DNA from: Chloroflexota bacterium
GTDB lineage: Bacteria > Chloroflexota > Dehalococcoidia > Lucifugimonadales > UBA826
Reading direction: 5' to 3'
NCBI GenBank assembly: GCA_003228105.1
Contig: QGNN01000002.1
Span: 26 to 64,025 of the forward strand
DNA: 64,000 nt
Shown here: one piece after another, positions 47,574 to 58,769 of the stretch
How the letters are laid out: every line of letters starts with the position of its first letter
Position numbering within the stretch: the first letter of the stretch is position 1
Notes under the pieces: model-generated
The model's database searches: none
What the model was told of the DNA's origin: nothing
Seen by the model: only the letters and a program-made list of their open reading frames with translations
Made by a program: the position numbers and the translations under genes

Positions 47574-50354
47574 TTGAAATTAAATCGAGTTATAGCCAAC
47601 TTCCTTGCGAATCACCCGTATTTGATTTTAATAATAACGTTGTTTATGACCTTGATTTTGGCTTTCCCGTTGTTTTTTGGGGCTCCTAAAGAACAAGCCT
47701 CTCCCAATCCTCCAGATGAAGTTTATGAACTTCAGGAAGAAATTGACGATAAATTTCCTACTCCATTTCATTTTGCTAGTTTTGTGTTGGAGGCAAAAAA
47801 AGGCGATGTTATGTCTCGGGAAGTGCTTTTAGAGTTGAGCTTAAATAAGGATCGTTTAATTGCATTAGATATTGAGGGCGAATTATCTGTCACAGAAGAA
47901 GATAAACCAAGGGGAACTTTAGAAAAACAATCATATCTTGCTAGCTATTATGATTTTGATCTAGCAACGCAAGTCAATGGGATCATTTCTGTTTTGGATA
48001 CTGTTGAGGTTTTTCTTGCCGCTCAAGGGTTGAATCTGGAATCAGCTAATGAGGAACAGATAAAGACGGTTTTCCATCACATAATGTCTGATTCCCGAGT
48101 GGCTAGTGTAAAAGATTTGATCTCGACTCAGGCTTCTTCAACAAAAAAGGTTGTTCTAGGTCAAGAGATTGATTATTGGGTTTCTCCAGCGATGGTTTTT
48201 CATGTTATAGCCGATAATTCCAAACTTGGTGGAGCCGGTTTGCAGATCGGCTTGGGAGGAGGTCCAGATGTTATCAATAAGGAACATTTGAACCGGAGTG
48301 TAGGTTCGGTTATGTCAGGTTCCAGCCAAAACTATGAAATATGGGGAATTGCAATAGATGCAAATTTGGAATCATTGGACGAAGGGAAAACAGCGGGCAT
48401 ATTCATAATGTTTACAGCTATTGCTGCAGTTTTAGTAGTTGGGTTTAGCCTTGGTTCTTATTGGGCTACAGCGATCACTGGGGTCGGGATTGCAATTCTG
48501 ATGGTGTGGCTAAAAGGATTTTCAGCCTTAATAGGTTTAAAAAGCGGCCTGGTTATAGATCTGGTGGTTCCGATTGGAATGATTTCATTAGGTGTTGATT
48601 TTGTTGTACATGCGGTTCGTCGATACCGTGAGGAGTTACTTCAAGATAATAATCCTCAAATTAGTTTCACCTTGGGCTATGCCTCAGTTCTCGGGGCCCT
48701 CCTTTTGGCTATGGCGAGTGATAGTATCGCTTTCCTCTCGAATTTATCGTCCAATATTGAAGCCGTAATTCACTTTGGGTGTGCTGCTGCCATCGCAGTG
48801 ATAGCTTCTTTTTGGATTTTAGGTGTAGCCGCCCCACTTCTAACCATGAAAGTTGATCAATTGATTATTCAAAGTCGGTATGATTTTCAATCGAGAAGAT
48901 GGTTGGTTTATCGAATCTTAGGTTCAATCCTTGTCGCCTCAATATCGGGAGCTTCCATAATTATGATGGTGGCCGTGAGTAAGTCGATAGGGTTGGCACT
49001 CCTCGTAGGCTGCATTCTTTTATTGATTCTCCTACCTATTATTATTTTAGGGAGAAGTGGGTCTAATGTAGTTTTTGAAAACACGAAAAATATAGCAAGG
49101 ATAGCGCCACGCCAAGAAAGATTTGCCCAAATTGTCGCCAGAATCGTCACCTACTCAGCTGAAAATTCGGGTAAAGTAATTTTTTTAACTGCGCTGGTAA
49201 CCACGTATGCAGTCTATTTTGCTTTACAGTTGACTCCTTCTTTTGACGTAAAAGATTTTTTCGATTCTAAATCAGATTTCGTGGTGGGGTTGGATAAGTT
49301 TGATGAACTCATAGCTGGAGGCGAACCGGGGGTTACCTTTGTTAAAGGTGATTTGACAGACCCTACAGTTTATGACGATATAAATGTCTATATTGACAGC
49401 CTAAGGGGAATTGGGTTTGTAGAGGAAACCCCAAGTGGAGACGTTACTTTTGGTCTGAATGCTCTTAATGTGTTGACTACCATAGTGCATAACCCGTTTT
49501 CTGTTGCGTCAATTGAGGAAGCTACAGGGATAACAATTACCGATTCCAATTCGAACGGTATTCCCGACACGAAACAACAGATATCGACTATATTCGAATA
49601 TTCTCTACTCGAAGGTGTGTGGGGTGATGGCCAAAATTTGATTTTAACACCTGATCAGGTACAGGGCGCAGTATATTTCAGAAGAAACGAAGAAGCATTA
49701 ACCACTATTCAGTTCCAGATGCCAGGTACTAGGGATCAGGCTGTTGTGACTGCTGCCCTTAAGGAAATTACTCCCTCAGTTCTGAAATTAGAAAATCATC
49801 CATCTCTGTCTAAAGTGGCATTGACTGGATCAGCATTCCAACGGGAGGTTCAATTATCTGAGTCTACCCGCACTCTATATACCTCTCTTCCAATAGCTAT
49901 AGTGGCTGCCACGATATTACTCTTAATAACCATGCGATCTTTTCGATATGCGATAGTCACAGTAATCCCCATTGGATTGGTTGTAGCTTGGCTTTATGGT
50001 GTTATGTGTGTTTTTGGATTTTCTTTAAATTTCGTGACAGCTATGATAGGGGCAATTTCTATAGGGATTGGAATTGATTATTCTATCCACATGACCATAA
50101 GATTCCGAGAAGAATTGGACAGAAATGAATCAAAAATATTAGCGGTTCAAAAAGCGGCGGGTGGAACCGGAGTCGCTTTGGTTGCCTCAGCTGCATCAAG
50201 TATAGTTGGGTTCGCTATAATGGGGTTTGCCCCTATGCCTATGTTCGCTGCCTATGGCCAGCTGACCTCTCTAATGATATTTTTCGCTTTAATATCTTCC
50301 TTGGTGGTATTACCTGCTCTTTTAACGTTGGTCACACCAGAACTAGAAAAGTAA
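47574..50354 (+). CDS. MMPL/RND-superfamily exporter (two 6-TM bundles, two large external domains)
   Basis: 926 aa. Duplicated TM blocks, including GIGIDYSIHMTIRFREE. Confidence 0.75.
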   Translation: MKLNRVIANFLANHPYLILIITLFMTLILAFPLFFGAPKEQASPNPPDEVYELQEEIDDKFPTPFHFASFVLEAKKGDVMSREVLLELSLNKDRLIALDIEGELSVTEEDKPRGTLEKQSYLASYYDFDLATQVNGIISVLDTVEVFLAAQGLNLESANEEQIKTVFHHIMSDSRVASVKDLISTQASSTKKVVLGQEIDYWVSPAMVFHVIADNSKLGGAGLQIGLGGGPDVINKEHLNRSVGSVMSGSSQNYEIWGIAIDANLESLDEGKTAGIFIMFTAIAAVLVVGFSLGSYWATAITGVGIAILMVWLKGFSALIGLKSGLVIDLVVPIGMISLGVDFVVHAVRRYREELLQDNNPQISFTLGYASVLGALLLAMASDSIAFLSNLSSNIEAVIHFGCAAAIAVIASFWILGVAAPLLTMKVDQLIIQSRYDFQSRRWLVYRILGSILVASISGASIIMMVAVSKSIGLALLVGCILLLILLPIIILGRSGSNVVFENTKNIARIAPRQERFAQIVARIVTYSAENSGKVIFLTALVTTYAVYFALQLTPSFDVKDFFDSKSDFVVGLDKFDELIAGGEPGVTFVKGDLTDPTVYDDINVYIDSLRGIGFVEETPSGDVTFGLNALNVLTTIVHNPFSVASIEEATGITITDSNSNGIPDTKQQISTIFEYSLLEGVWGDGQNLILTPDQVQGAVYFRRNEEALTTIQFQMPGTRDQAVVTAALKEITPSVLKLENHPSLSKVALTGSAFQREVQLSESTRTLYTSLPIAIVAATILLLITMRSFRYAIVTVIPIGLVVAWLYGVMCVFGFSLNFVTAMIGAISIGIGIDYSIHMTIRFREELDRNESKILAVQKAAGGTGVALVASAASSIVGFAIMGFAPMPMFAAYGQLTSLMIFFALISSLVVLPALLTLVTPELEK

Positions 50355-50371
50355 AATAACCTGGAATAGAA

Positions 50372-52816
50372 TTAGTTCAGTACGACGTATGTCGCTCCAT
50401 CCTCACCTAAAGCGTCAGGCTCTGAACCGAAGCTATTAACCAAGGGATGCCCTTCCAGAGACTCTCGTATCGCTTTTCTTAAAGCACCTGTTCCTTTTCC
50501 ATGGACAATGAATACTTTACTTAACCCATTTTTCAGAGATTCATCTAAAAAGGTTTCCATTACCTGCAATGAAGGCTCTGCCCTCATGCCTCTTATGTCT
50601 ATTTTATTACTGAATGAAATATTTTCAATCAGACTTGTATTGTGGCCTAATCTGGTTGGCTCAGTAGAACTAGAAGTTTTATCTTCAGACGTATCTTTAC
50701 TTAATCTTGAGATGTCTACATCCATTCTGAGATTGCCGATTTTTAGTTCCGTGATTTGGGTTAATTGATTGTATTTGGTGATCACACCCGTTAGATTCAA
50801 CCCTCTTACAGTGACCGTGTCACCGGCCTGGAATTCCTCATTGTTGGGTTTCTGGATAGTAGAGTCGGATTTCTCAATTTCTAGACTTTTTAATTCTTTT
50901 GCAGTTTCATCAATGTCTTGCTCAATGCTATCGGGGCTTTCGTTGGTATGCTTTACCCAGGAATAGGCCATTTGGGCTTTTTTTAGAAGAGTTTCAATAT
51001 CCTTATATTTTTCTTCGGCAGTGTGATGAATTGAATCTAATATCGTTTGTCTATTCTGGATTAGGTAATCTATTTGTTCATTTAATTCAGATCTTATAGA
51101 TTCAACTTCTTTATACTGGCTTTCGATTTCACCCATGGTTTCTGAAATTCTGTTCTTTTCATCAGTTACTCTTGTGATCCAATCTGATATTTCCTTAAAC
51201 TCCGCAGATAGGTATTTATCTGCCTTCTTAACTATTTCGTCTTTCAACCCTAATCTTGTGGCAACTGCCATAGCATAGCTTTGACCAGGTAGGCCTAGAA
51301 CCATTTTGTAGGTTGGTTTTAAATCTTTAGGGTCTAACTGAAAACTTGCATTCCTCATCCTATCGTCTGATTCGGCCATTAAAGTAACTGTGTTGTGATG
51401 AGTCGTAATTAACGTTTGTATTTTATTCTCAGCTAAATACTCCAAAACTGCCTTGGCTATTGCGGATCCTTCCTCAGGATCTGTACTGGAGCCTACCTCA
51501 TCTAAAAGTAGTAGAGATTGGGAAGAACAATTATCCAAAATATCATTAAGATTCGTAATATGGGAACTGAATGTGGATACTGAATTTGTTATACTCTGCT
51601 GATCTCCTATATCTGCATATATACCGTCGAAAATTGGGAGTTCGCTACCAGCAGCAGCAGGAATTTGTATGCCAGATTGGTTCATGGCTGCCAGAAGCCC
51701 AACGGTCTTGATTGCTACAGTTTTACCACCAGTGTTTGGGCCGGTTATGACTAAAACAGTCCAGTTCGGACCCATTTGCAATGATAAAGGGACTCCATCT
51801 TCACCCAGCATAGGGTGACGAGCATCAATGAGATTTATCGCATCCTTCTTACCTGAATGACCATTTATTTCGCCATCTGGTTCTAATCTATTTAATGAGA
51901 TACTGTATTTTGATTTAGCGATCACAAAATCTAAGTTTGCGGCACTTGTAATCGCTGAATCTATCTCATTTGATAATGATCCGACCTGTGAAGATAAATC
52001 TTGAAGGACTTTTTGAACTTCACGCTCCTCTTCCAATGTGAATTCCCTCCAAGAATTACACAAACTGACTGTTTTGAAAGGTTCGATGAATAAGGTCATC
52101 CCTGTGTTGGATGCATCATGGACAATGCCAGGTACGCGGCTTCGCATATTTGATTTTACTTGCACCACCAAACGATCTCCGCGGGTGGATATCACATCAT
52201 CTTGAATTGTTCCTAACATTTCTGATTCGGAGATAATAGATTCAAGTGCGCCGGTGACTCTAGAGTATGATTCTCTAACTTGGCGTCGAATATTACCAAG
52301 GTTAGGTGTTGCATTATCCAACACCAAACCATTACCAGCAATTTTTGATGTGATCGAGTACGCGAGATAGGAAAGATCAGGTATTTCTTTTGCCAACTCC
52401 AATAAAACCGGTAATTCCTCTGGGTACTCCATAAGGGTACTTCTAGCGTTGGATAAGGCCTCGATAGTATTTGCGATTATTAGAAGTTCCTGCCCTGTTA
52501 GGGCACCTCCTAAGTCGGCTATTTTTATACTATCCCCATGGTCTTTAATTCCTCGCAGTGAAAAAGAGCCGGTGTTTGAAATCAACCTTATCCCTTCTTC
52601 TGTCTCGATTTGGAGTTGAGAAACTGTTGGTTGGAAATATGAAGGGAACATTTTATTAGCGATCTTTCTGGACCCAGAGAAAGTACAGAAATCCCCTAAT
52701 TTCTGTTTGATGAAGTCATAGTCAACTAAATCTAGACTTCTGGATAGGACTTGTTTTTTTCTATAGGACTGATCGGGCTCTGTACTTAGTTTTATAGCCA
52801 ATGATTTTTGCCGCAT
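50372..52816 (-). CDS. mutS2: endonuclease MutS2 (MutS ATPase plus C-terminal Smr domain)
   Basis: Walker A ITGPNTGGKT, DEVGSSTDP, Smr IDIRGMRAE...VHGKGTGALR. The start is set at the ATG at 52816 (814 aa). The longer track ORF to 53044 would overlap thrB. Confidence 0.85.
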   Translation of the reverse strand: MRQKSLAIKLSTEPDQSYRKKQVLSRSLDLVDYDFIKQKLGDFCTFSGSRKIANKMFPSYFQPTVSQLQIETEEGIRLISNTGSFSLRGIKDHGDSIKIADLGGALTGQELLIIANTIEALSNARSTLMEYPEELPVLLELAKEIPDLSYLAYSITSKIAGNGLVLDNATPNLGNIRRQVRESYSRVTGALESIISESEMLGTIQDDVISTRGDRLVVQVKSNMRSRVPGIVHDASNTGMTLFIEPFKTVSLCNSWREFTLEEEREVQKVLQDLSSQVGSLSNEIDSAITSAANLDFVIAKSKYSISLNRLEPDGEINGHSGKKDAINLIDARHPMLGEDGVPLSLQMGPNWTVLVITGPNTGGKTVAIKTVGLLAAMNQSGIQIPAAAGSELPIFDGIYADIGDQQSITNSVSTFSSHITNLNDILDNCSSQSLLLLDEVGSSTDPEEGSAIAKAVLEYLAENKIQTLITTHHNTVTLMAESDDRMRNASFQLDPKDLKPTYKMVLGLPGQSYAMAVATRLGLKDEIVKKADKYLSAEFKEISDWITRVTDEKNRISETMGEIESQYKEVESIRSELNEQIDYLIQNRQTILDSIHHTAEEKYKDIETLLKKAQMAYSWVKHTNESPDSIEQDIDETAKELKSLEIEKSDSTIQKPNNEEFQAGDTVTVRGLNLTGVITKYNQLTQITELKIGNLRMDVDISRLSKDTSEDKTSSSTEPTRLGHNTSLIENISFSNKIDIRGMRAEPSLQVMETFLDESLKNGLSKVFIVHGKGTGALRKAIRESLEGHPLVNSFGSEPDALGEDGATYVVLN

Positions 52817-52897
52817 AGGTGTAAAGATTGGATCATATACTGCTATTTTATCAGCACTGATATGTATAGTTATGAATGATATAATCTTGGGATTGAA

Positions 52898-53800
52898 ATG
52901 AATGAGAACATTGTAGTAAAAGTGCCGGCAACTTCCGCAAATATGGGACCAGGGTTTGACTGCCTTGGGATTGCCCTTAATGTTTGGAACGAAGTAAAAG
53001 TTACCAAAGGCGCCTTTTCCATTAAAATAATTGGAAAAGGGCAAGATGAATTGCCTACCGACGAAAACAATTTTGTCTATAAAAGTTTCTGCAAAGTATT
53101 TGAGAAAATTGGCGAAGATGTTCCTGAAGTCAAACTGGAATGCACTAATGGAATACCATTGACTCGTGGTATGGGTAGCAGCTCTGCTGCATTAATAGGT
53201 GGTTTGATGAGCGGGAACGCCATTGCAGGATTTCCACTCTCTGTTCCAGAGATACTTCAAATGGGGGCAGAGATTGAAAAACATCCCGACAATGTGGCGC
53301 CAGCTTTGTTGGGTGGGGTTCAAATTGGGATTTACGATCAAGGAGAATTAGTCACCGCTAGCGTTCCGTTTCCGGAAGATATTAACGTTGTTTTGTACGT
53401 TCCTTCCCAGACAATGCCAACGGACCAGGCTAGGAATATACTGTCTCCAGAAATAGAAAGAAAAGACGCCGTTTATAATATCGGAAGGGCAGCTCTGCTA
53501 GTCCAATGCCTGATGACAGGAGATTTGGGTAATCTTAAGTATGCTACACAAGATATGCTTCATCAGCCTGATCGGCAAAAACAATTTTTCCCTATGAAAA
53601 ATATCATTAGAGCTGCTATGGCATCAGGAGCATTGGGTGCTTTTTTATCGGGGGCTGGAAGTTCAATAATGGCTCTTACTAAAGGTAGAGAATATACGAT
53701 CGGCTATGAAATGGCTGATGCAGCTATGAAATCTGGTCTTGACGGAGAGATTGTTTTCACGACCCCTACTGCAAGGGGCACATACATAGAAAAAGATTAA
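52898..53800 (+). CDS. thrB: homoserine kinase
   Basis: 300 aa. PATSANMGPGFDCLG, GMGSSSA GHMP motif. Confidence 0.9.
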   Translation: MNENIVVKVPATSANMGPGFDCLGIALNVWNEVKVTKGAFSIKIIGKGQDELPTDENNFVYKSFCKVFEKIGEDVPEVKLECTNGIPLTRGMGSSSAALIGGLMSGNAIAGFPLSVPEILQMGAEIEKHPDNVAPALLGGVQIGIYDQGELVTASVPFPEDINVVLYVPSQTMPTDQARNILSPEIERKDAVYNIGRAALLVQCLMTGDLGNLKYATQDMLHQPDRQKQFFPMKNIIRAAMASGALGAFLSGAGSSIMALTKGREYTIGYEMADAAMKSGLDGEIVFTTPTARGTYIEKD

Positions 53801-53809
53801 AGGATTACT

Positions 53810-55042
53810 TTGTCGCTCGTAATACAGAAATACGGTGGATCATCCTTAGCTACCCCTGAGCTGATTAAAAATGTAGCTGCCAGAATACGATCGGCACATG
53901 ACTCAGAAGGAAATGTTGTTGCAACTGTTTCTGCAATGGGTGACTCCACGGATAACCTATTGTCTATTGCTTCCAAGGTATCAGAAACGCCTGATTTGAG
54001 GGAACTCGATGTGTTGCTATCAACGGGGGAACTTCAATCATGTGCGCTTGTTGCTATGGCCCTTAAATCTATGGGCAAAAAGGCTGTTAGTTTAAGCGGT
54101 GCTCAAGCGGGGATTCGGACTGATTCTTCTTATGGGAAAGCTAAAATCGCTGGTATAGATACCCGCAGGATTAATGAGGAGTTAGAGAGAGGGAATATAG
54201 TAATTGTTGCGGGCTTCCAAGGAGTGACTAATGATAGTGATATTACAACCTTAGGGAGGGGAGCATCAGATTTAACTGCTGTGGCTTTAGCTGCAGGGCT
54301 AAATGCTGATCGTTGTGAGATTTATACTGACGTGGAGGGAATTTATACCGCCGATCCTCGTTTAGTCCCAGGTGCTAGGAAAATGACTCAAGTCGGATTT
54401 GAAGAAATGCTGGAATTGGCGAGCTATGGTGCCAAAATGAATCCTCGTTCAATTGAATTGGGCATGGTTTACCAGGTGCCAATATTAGTTGCTTCAAGTT
54501 TTAATAATGAACCAGGTACTCTAATTCATGATGGAGAAAATATGGATACTACAGTTGGGGAAATACGAAATAGGGTAAGAGGTATCGCTACGGATAAAGA
54601 TGTTGCCAAAATAACGGTTTTTTCGGTGGTTGATAGGCCGGGAATTGCAGCGGCATTATTTGACCCTTTGGCTGAATCTGATATTAGCGTAGATGTCATA
54701 GTGCAAAACGCTAGTGTATCAGGTACCACAGACCTGACTTTCACGATAAAGCAGTCTGATGTAGATAGAGCTATGAAAGTGGTTGAGAAAGTCGCCCAGG
54801 ACCTTGGTATAACTAATGTTGGCAAAGCTGAAAATTTGGCCAAAATAAGTATAGTTGGTACTGGTATGCAAGATTCTCCTGGGTATGCCTCGACTATGTT
54901 TAGGTCTCTTGCCGAGGCTAGGATTAATATCGAAATGATTACCACCTCGGAAATTAGGATTACCTGCATAATTGGATCGGATCAGGTAGCAAAAGCAGCG
55001 GAGGTACTGCATGCAGCGTTTGAGTTGGAGAAATATGATTAA
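53810..55042 (+). CDS. lysC: aspartate kinase with tandem ACT domains
   Basis: 410 aa. VIQKYGGSSL, GRGASDLTA, C-terminal ACT repeats. TTG start. Confidence 0.9.
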   Translation: MSLVIQKYGGSSLATPELIKNVAARIRSAHDSEGNVVATVSAMGDSTDNLLSIASKVSETPDLRELDVLLSTGELQSCALVAMALKSMGKKAVSLSGAQAGIRTDSSYGKAKIAGIDTRRINEELERGNIVIVAGFQGVTNDSDITTLGRGASDLTAVALAAGLNADRCEIYTDVEGIYTADPRLVPGARKMTQVGFEEMLELASYGAKMNPRSIELGMVYQVPILVASSFNNEPGTLIHDGENMDTTVGEIRNRVRGIATDKDVAKITVFSVVDRPGIAAALFDPLAESDISVDVIVQNASVSGTTDLTFTIKQSDVDRAMKVVEKVAQDLGITNVGKAENLAKISIVGTGMQDSPGYASTMFRSLAEARINIEMITTSEIRITCIIGSDQVAKAAEVLHAAFELEKYD

Positions 55043-55066
55043 TATCAAAACTTATTAGTTAATGAA

Positions 55067-55789
55067 GTGACTGATATCCATCTCTCCATAGTGATTCCTA
55101 CCTATAATGAATCGCATAAGATAAAACATACTCTTGATGCTATTTATGAATATCTTGGTAATCAAAATTATTCCTATGAAGTTATATTGTGTGACGATGG
55201 CAGTTATGATCTAACCACCAAGATAGCGAAGGAATATTTCGGGGGAAAAAGTAATTTTCGAATTCTATCCCTTTCTCATAAAGGAAAAGGATCAGCTGTG
55301 AAAACAGGAATGATGACTGCCCAGGGCCGATATAGGTTTATGTGTGATGCCGATCTGGCCATGCCATTGGATCAAATTGGAAGGTTCCTCAAAGAAATGA
55401 CGAACGATTGCGATATTGCGATAGGATCAAGGGAATTAACCGATTCAAAAAGATTTGGGGAGCCCATGCTTCGCTATTTTGCAGGCAGGGTTTTTAATTT
55501 ATTTGTAAAATTTGCTGCCATTAGAAAATATCAAGACACTCAATGTGGCTTTAAATGTTTTTCCTCCGAGGCCGGCGATAAAATTTTCCCATTGGTTAGG
55601 ACTAACGGTTGGGCATTTGATGTGGAGGTTTTATTGTTGGCTGATAAGTATGGGTTTTCAGTCTCTCAGGTACCAATTGATTGGCGCCATGGAGAAGATA
55701 GTAAAGTCGACCTCAGGTCGGCAGCTCTACAGATGATAAGGGACATATTTCTTACGAGAGTCAGATTATTGATGTCCTATAGGAAGTGA
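55067..55789 (+). CDS. family-2 glycosyltransferase (polyprenyl-phosphate glucosyltransferase-like)
   Basis: 240 aa. SIVIPTYNES, LCDDGS, CDADL. Confidence 0.75.
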   Translation: MTDIHLSIVIPTYNESHKIKHTLDAIYEYLGNQNYSYEVILCDDGSYDLTTKIAKEYFGGKSNFRILSLSHKGKGSAVKTGMMTAQGRYRFMCDADLAMPLDQIGRFLKEMTNDCDIAIGSRELTDSKRFGEPMLRYFAGRVFNLFVKFAAIRKYQDTQCGFKCFSSEAGDKIFPLVRTNGWAFDVEVLLLADKYGFSVSQVPIDWRHGEDSKVDLRSAALQMIRDIFLTRVRLLMSYRK

Positions 55790-55827
55790 AGTTTCACAAA
55801 TAAATAAAGCTGTTTTGGGAATAGAAG

Positions 55828-56592
55828 ATGAATGTTGATCTGGTTCCTGTTTACGTGGTAGTACCCACCTACAATGAAGCTCAGAGCATACCTGTTCTGT
55901 TGAGAGAAATTTTCGAACTGGGAATAAAAAATATTAATGTTTTAATAGTTGACGATAATTCACCGGACTGCACCGCCAAAGTGGCCCGATGCTATGCCCG
56001 CGATAATGGACTTTCAGTTTCAATATTAAATCGCCGTACCAAAAAAGGTTTGGGATCCGCATATGTTGAAGGGTTTAAAGAGGTTTTACTGGGACACCCT
56101 GAAGAAGAAGTTTTCGTTGTGCAAATGGATGCAGATATGTCTCACAACCCTAGCTATTTACCCAGCATGATTGAACTGCTTGCGAGAAATGATGTCGTTG
56201 TAGGGTCTCGCTACTGTCAAGAAGGAGGATCTGATGAAAAATGGAGTGTATACAGAAAAAGGTTAAGTGCCTGCGGTAATTGGGCGATTCGATTCGTCTC
56301 TGGTTTGAAAGTGAATGATTGTACATCTGGGTTTAAAGTTTTTAGAATGCAGGTTCTAAAAGATATTTCTTGGGATGAAATTCGGTGTTCTGGGTTTGGG
56401 TTTCAAATTGAAATTGCCATGCAATGTGAGAATCATGACTTTAGAATTCAAGAGTACCCCATCATTTTCAATGATCGGGTATCTGGGGATTCAAAGATGT
56501 CTATTTCAATAGTGCTAGAAGCAATATTCAAGATAATTTGTGAAAGATTCAAAATTTTTAAAGTTATTAAGACCCTTAAACCTTACACATAA
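55828..56592 (+). CDS. family-2 glycosyltransferase (polyprenol-monophosphomannose synthase-like)
   Basis: 254 aa. VVVPTYNEAQSI, IVDDNSPD, KGLGSAY, MDADMSH. Confidence 0.8.
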   Translation: MNVDLVPVYVVVPTYNEAQSIPVLLREIFELGIKNINVLIVDDNSPDCTAKVARCYARDNGLSVSILNRRTKKGLGSAYVEGFKEVLLGHPEEEVFVVQMDADMSHNPSYLPSMIELLARNDVVVGSRYCQEGGSDEKWSVYRKRLSACGNWAIRFVSGLKVNDCTSGFKVFRMQVLKDISWDEIRCSGFGFQIEIAMQCENHDFRIQEYPIIFNDRVSGDSKMSISIVLEAIFKIICERFKIFKVIKTLKPYT

Positions 56593-56680
56593 CTCGAACT
56601 TTGCTGCGATTATGGGTGCAAAATATATTGCACTGATAAAAAACTCCCAATTAGAATGCCCTCATGAAATCAAAAGATGA

Positions 56681-57733
56681 GTGGAAAGGGTGAATGAAGT
56701 GAACGCAAAAGAATTGTCTTCTATTTTAAGTCTTAGAAAAGAAAAATCTAAAGAATCTGATCAAATGATGCATTACGGTCTTTTTCAAGAGGCGATAGAT
56801 GTGAATCTAACCCTGATTGATATCTATCAAGGTGATCAAAAGGCATATAGTAGACTTGGAGACGCCCTACTCAAGATGGGGAAAAGTGCGGAAGCCCATG
56901 ATGCTTACCAATCCTCCATATACCTAGAAAAGACAAAGAAAGAAAACACACAAATTGCGGTGGATAGTGCCATGCGAGCTGATTGGAACAAAGCCATTCA
57001 AATCAATTTTGACATCATTGACAAATTCCCATGGGATCCAGAGCCATACAATCGGCTCGGGAAAGCTTTGAGTGAAAAGGGACAAAATAAAAAGGCTATC
57101 CAAGCTTTCCAGTGTGCTCTTGTTATTTCTCCTAATAGTCCAATAGCCAAAAAGAATATGAAACGCCTAGAGAAAACCTCTGGACTTAAAGCAAGTATGG
57201 CGGTTGCAAGCACAACGCCAGGGAGGTCGTTTATTGAGGAGACAGGCCGTACTGGGATTACGAAATTAGTAAATATTCCCCGAAATTTTGATGTGACTGA
57301 TTTGATTGCTGGCCATGGCGTAGATTTGATCTCGGTAGATAGAGGTATGAGGATATTGGATAGTAAAGGGAAAGAAATTGGCAGTATAGAACCAAAGCTT
57401 GCCCTACGGCTGAAAAAATTAGTGGAGGGAGGGAACACTTATTCTGCAAATATAACAAGCGCAGGAGAAGGCGGTGTCACTGTTATTATTAGAGAAACCT
57501 ATAGGCATCCAACTCAATCCAATAAACCCTCATTTCCCGCCAAATCCAGCGTTTTGGGTGATGTTTCTATGGCAGCTCTGGGCTATGGGCTCAACGACGC
57601 AGGTAAACAAACACACCTTAAGGATTGGTCTGATGATGATACAGAATCTGGAGATGATGAGGTGTTTTCACCTATGATCCCTAAAATTTTGTTGGGTGGT
57701 TCAACCTTGGAGGGTCGGGGTGTATTGGACTGA
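56681..57733 (+). CDS. TPR-repeat protein with an uncharacterised C-terminal domain
   Basis: 350 aa. Three or more TPR-like helices (AYSRLGDALLKMGKSAEAHDAYQ; PYNRLGKALSEKGQNKKAIQAFQ). GTG start. Confidence 0.6.
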   Translation: MERVNEVNAKELSSILSLRKEKSKESDQMMHYGLFQEAIDVNLTLIDIYQGDQKAYSRLGDALLKMGKSAEAHDAYQSSIYLEKTKKENTQIAVDSAMRADWNKAIQINFDIIDKFPWDPEPYNRLGKALSEKGQNKKAIQAFQCALVISPNSPIAKKNMKRLEKTSGLKASMAVASTTPGRSFIEETGRTGITKLVNIPRNFDVTDLIAGHGVDLISVDRGMRILDSKGKEIGSIEPKLALRLKKLVEGGNTYSANITSAGEGGVTVIIRETYRHPTQSNKPSFPAKSSVLGDVSMAALGYGLNDAGKQTHLKDWSDDDTESGDDEVFSPMIPKILLGGSTLEGRGVLD

Positions 57734-57747
57734 ATTTGGAAACGTCA

Positions 57748-57996
57748 TTATTCGATAACATCCAGTGTTCGATAATAAAGTCCCCATTTTTGCATTAGTG
57801 CCACTATCTGTGTGTTTTCCATGCTAGTAAGATCCTCTAAAAAACCAGAGATTGCATGAGCGCCTATATTTTCCTTGCTGCACACCCAATTTGATTCGCT
57901 AGGAACTATGTATATTACCCCGCCGTTGTGCTCGCATGTGAGGGTGATACGTTTCCCTTCAGAGGTATTTTTTATTGTGATTCCATATGTGCTCAT
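57748..57996 (-). CDS. hypothetical protein (82 aa)
   Basis: Isolated ORF convergent with the TPR gene; no family recognised. Confidence 0.4.
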   Translation of the reverse strand: MSTYGITIKNTSEGKRITLTCEHNGGVIYIVPSESNWVCSKENIGAHAISGFLEDLTSMENTQIVALMQKWGLYYRTLDVIE

Positions 57997-58124
57997 TGTC
58001 CTTCCTTACGGTTTTATTTATGCGGTTTCCCTAGGGCTATTTGAGTAATTAAAAAAACTGACTGATATAATTCCATTAACTACTAAGGCGACGTAAATAG
58101 TAATATAAAAAAATCTAGGATTGA

Positions 58125-58769
58125 ATGATGAAGCCACATTACACTGATTCCCAGCTTACTATCCATAAAATTACGTGCGGACCATACGATAATAATGCTT
58201 ACATAGTGATATGTAATCGAACCAACGAAAGCCTTTTGATAGACACTCCAGCTGAACCTTCCGTTTTGGTTGCCATAGCATCTACTACCCAAGTTAAATA
58301 TATCGCAATTACTCATAATCATATGGATCATTTACTTGGTTTTGAAGAAGTTACGAAAGCTTTTCAAGCTAAAGTTGTAATTGGAGAATCTGATTCTAGT
58401 GAGCTTCCAGTAGTTCCTGATTTGTTCTTAGAGGATGGTAAAGAGATAAGGGTAGGAGATTTATCGGTTAGAGCAATTCACACCCCCGGTCATACTAAGG
58501 GGTCTACATGTTTACTTGTGAACGGACATCTGTTTACTGGAGATACTCTTTTTCCTGGTGGCCCAGGTAAAACTAAATCGCCTGATAGCCTAAAAGAGAT
58601 CATTGTGAGCATAACAAGCAGGCTATTTAGTTTGGGAGACGACGTTTTTGTCTACCCAGGACATGGGGATGATGGTTTGTTGGGAACAGCAAGAAAAGAA
58701 TATGAAATCTATTCCTCTAAAACCCACCCAGACGATTTATTTGGCGATGTTGAGTGGCTAAAAAGTTAA
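58125..58769 (+). CDS. MBL-fold metallo-hydrolase (glyoxalase II-like)
   Basis: 214 aa. ITHNHMDH (HxHxDH), HTPGHT, GDTLF. Confidence 0.85.
   Translation: MMKPHYTDSQLTIHKITCGPYDNNAYIVICNRTNESLLIDTPAEPSVLVAIASTTQVKYIAITHNHMDHLLGFEEVTKAFQAKVVIGESDSSELPVVPDLFLEDGKEIRVGDLSVRAIHTPGHTKGSTCLLVNGHLFTGDTLFPGGPGKTKSPDSLKEIIVSITSRLFSLGDDVFVYPGHGDDGLLGTARKEYEIYSSKTHPDDLFGDVEWLKS

Noticed and set aside
52817-53044. 76-codon N-terminal extension of mutS2 (track ORF 50372..53044) and ORF 52870..53070
   Set aside because: The extension shows no MutS2 similarity and would overlap thrB by about 147 nt on the opposite strand. The ATG at 52816 gives a normal 814-aa MutS2.
54526-55048. 147-aa and 109-aa minus-strand ORFs inside lysC
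   Set aside because: They are antisense shadows of aspartate kinase, whose identity is unambiguous.
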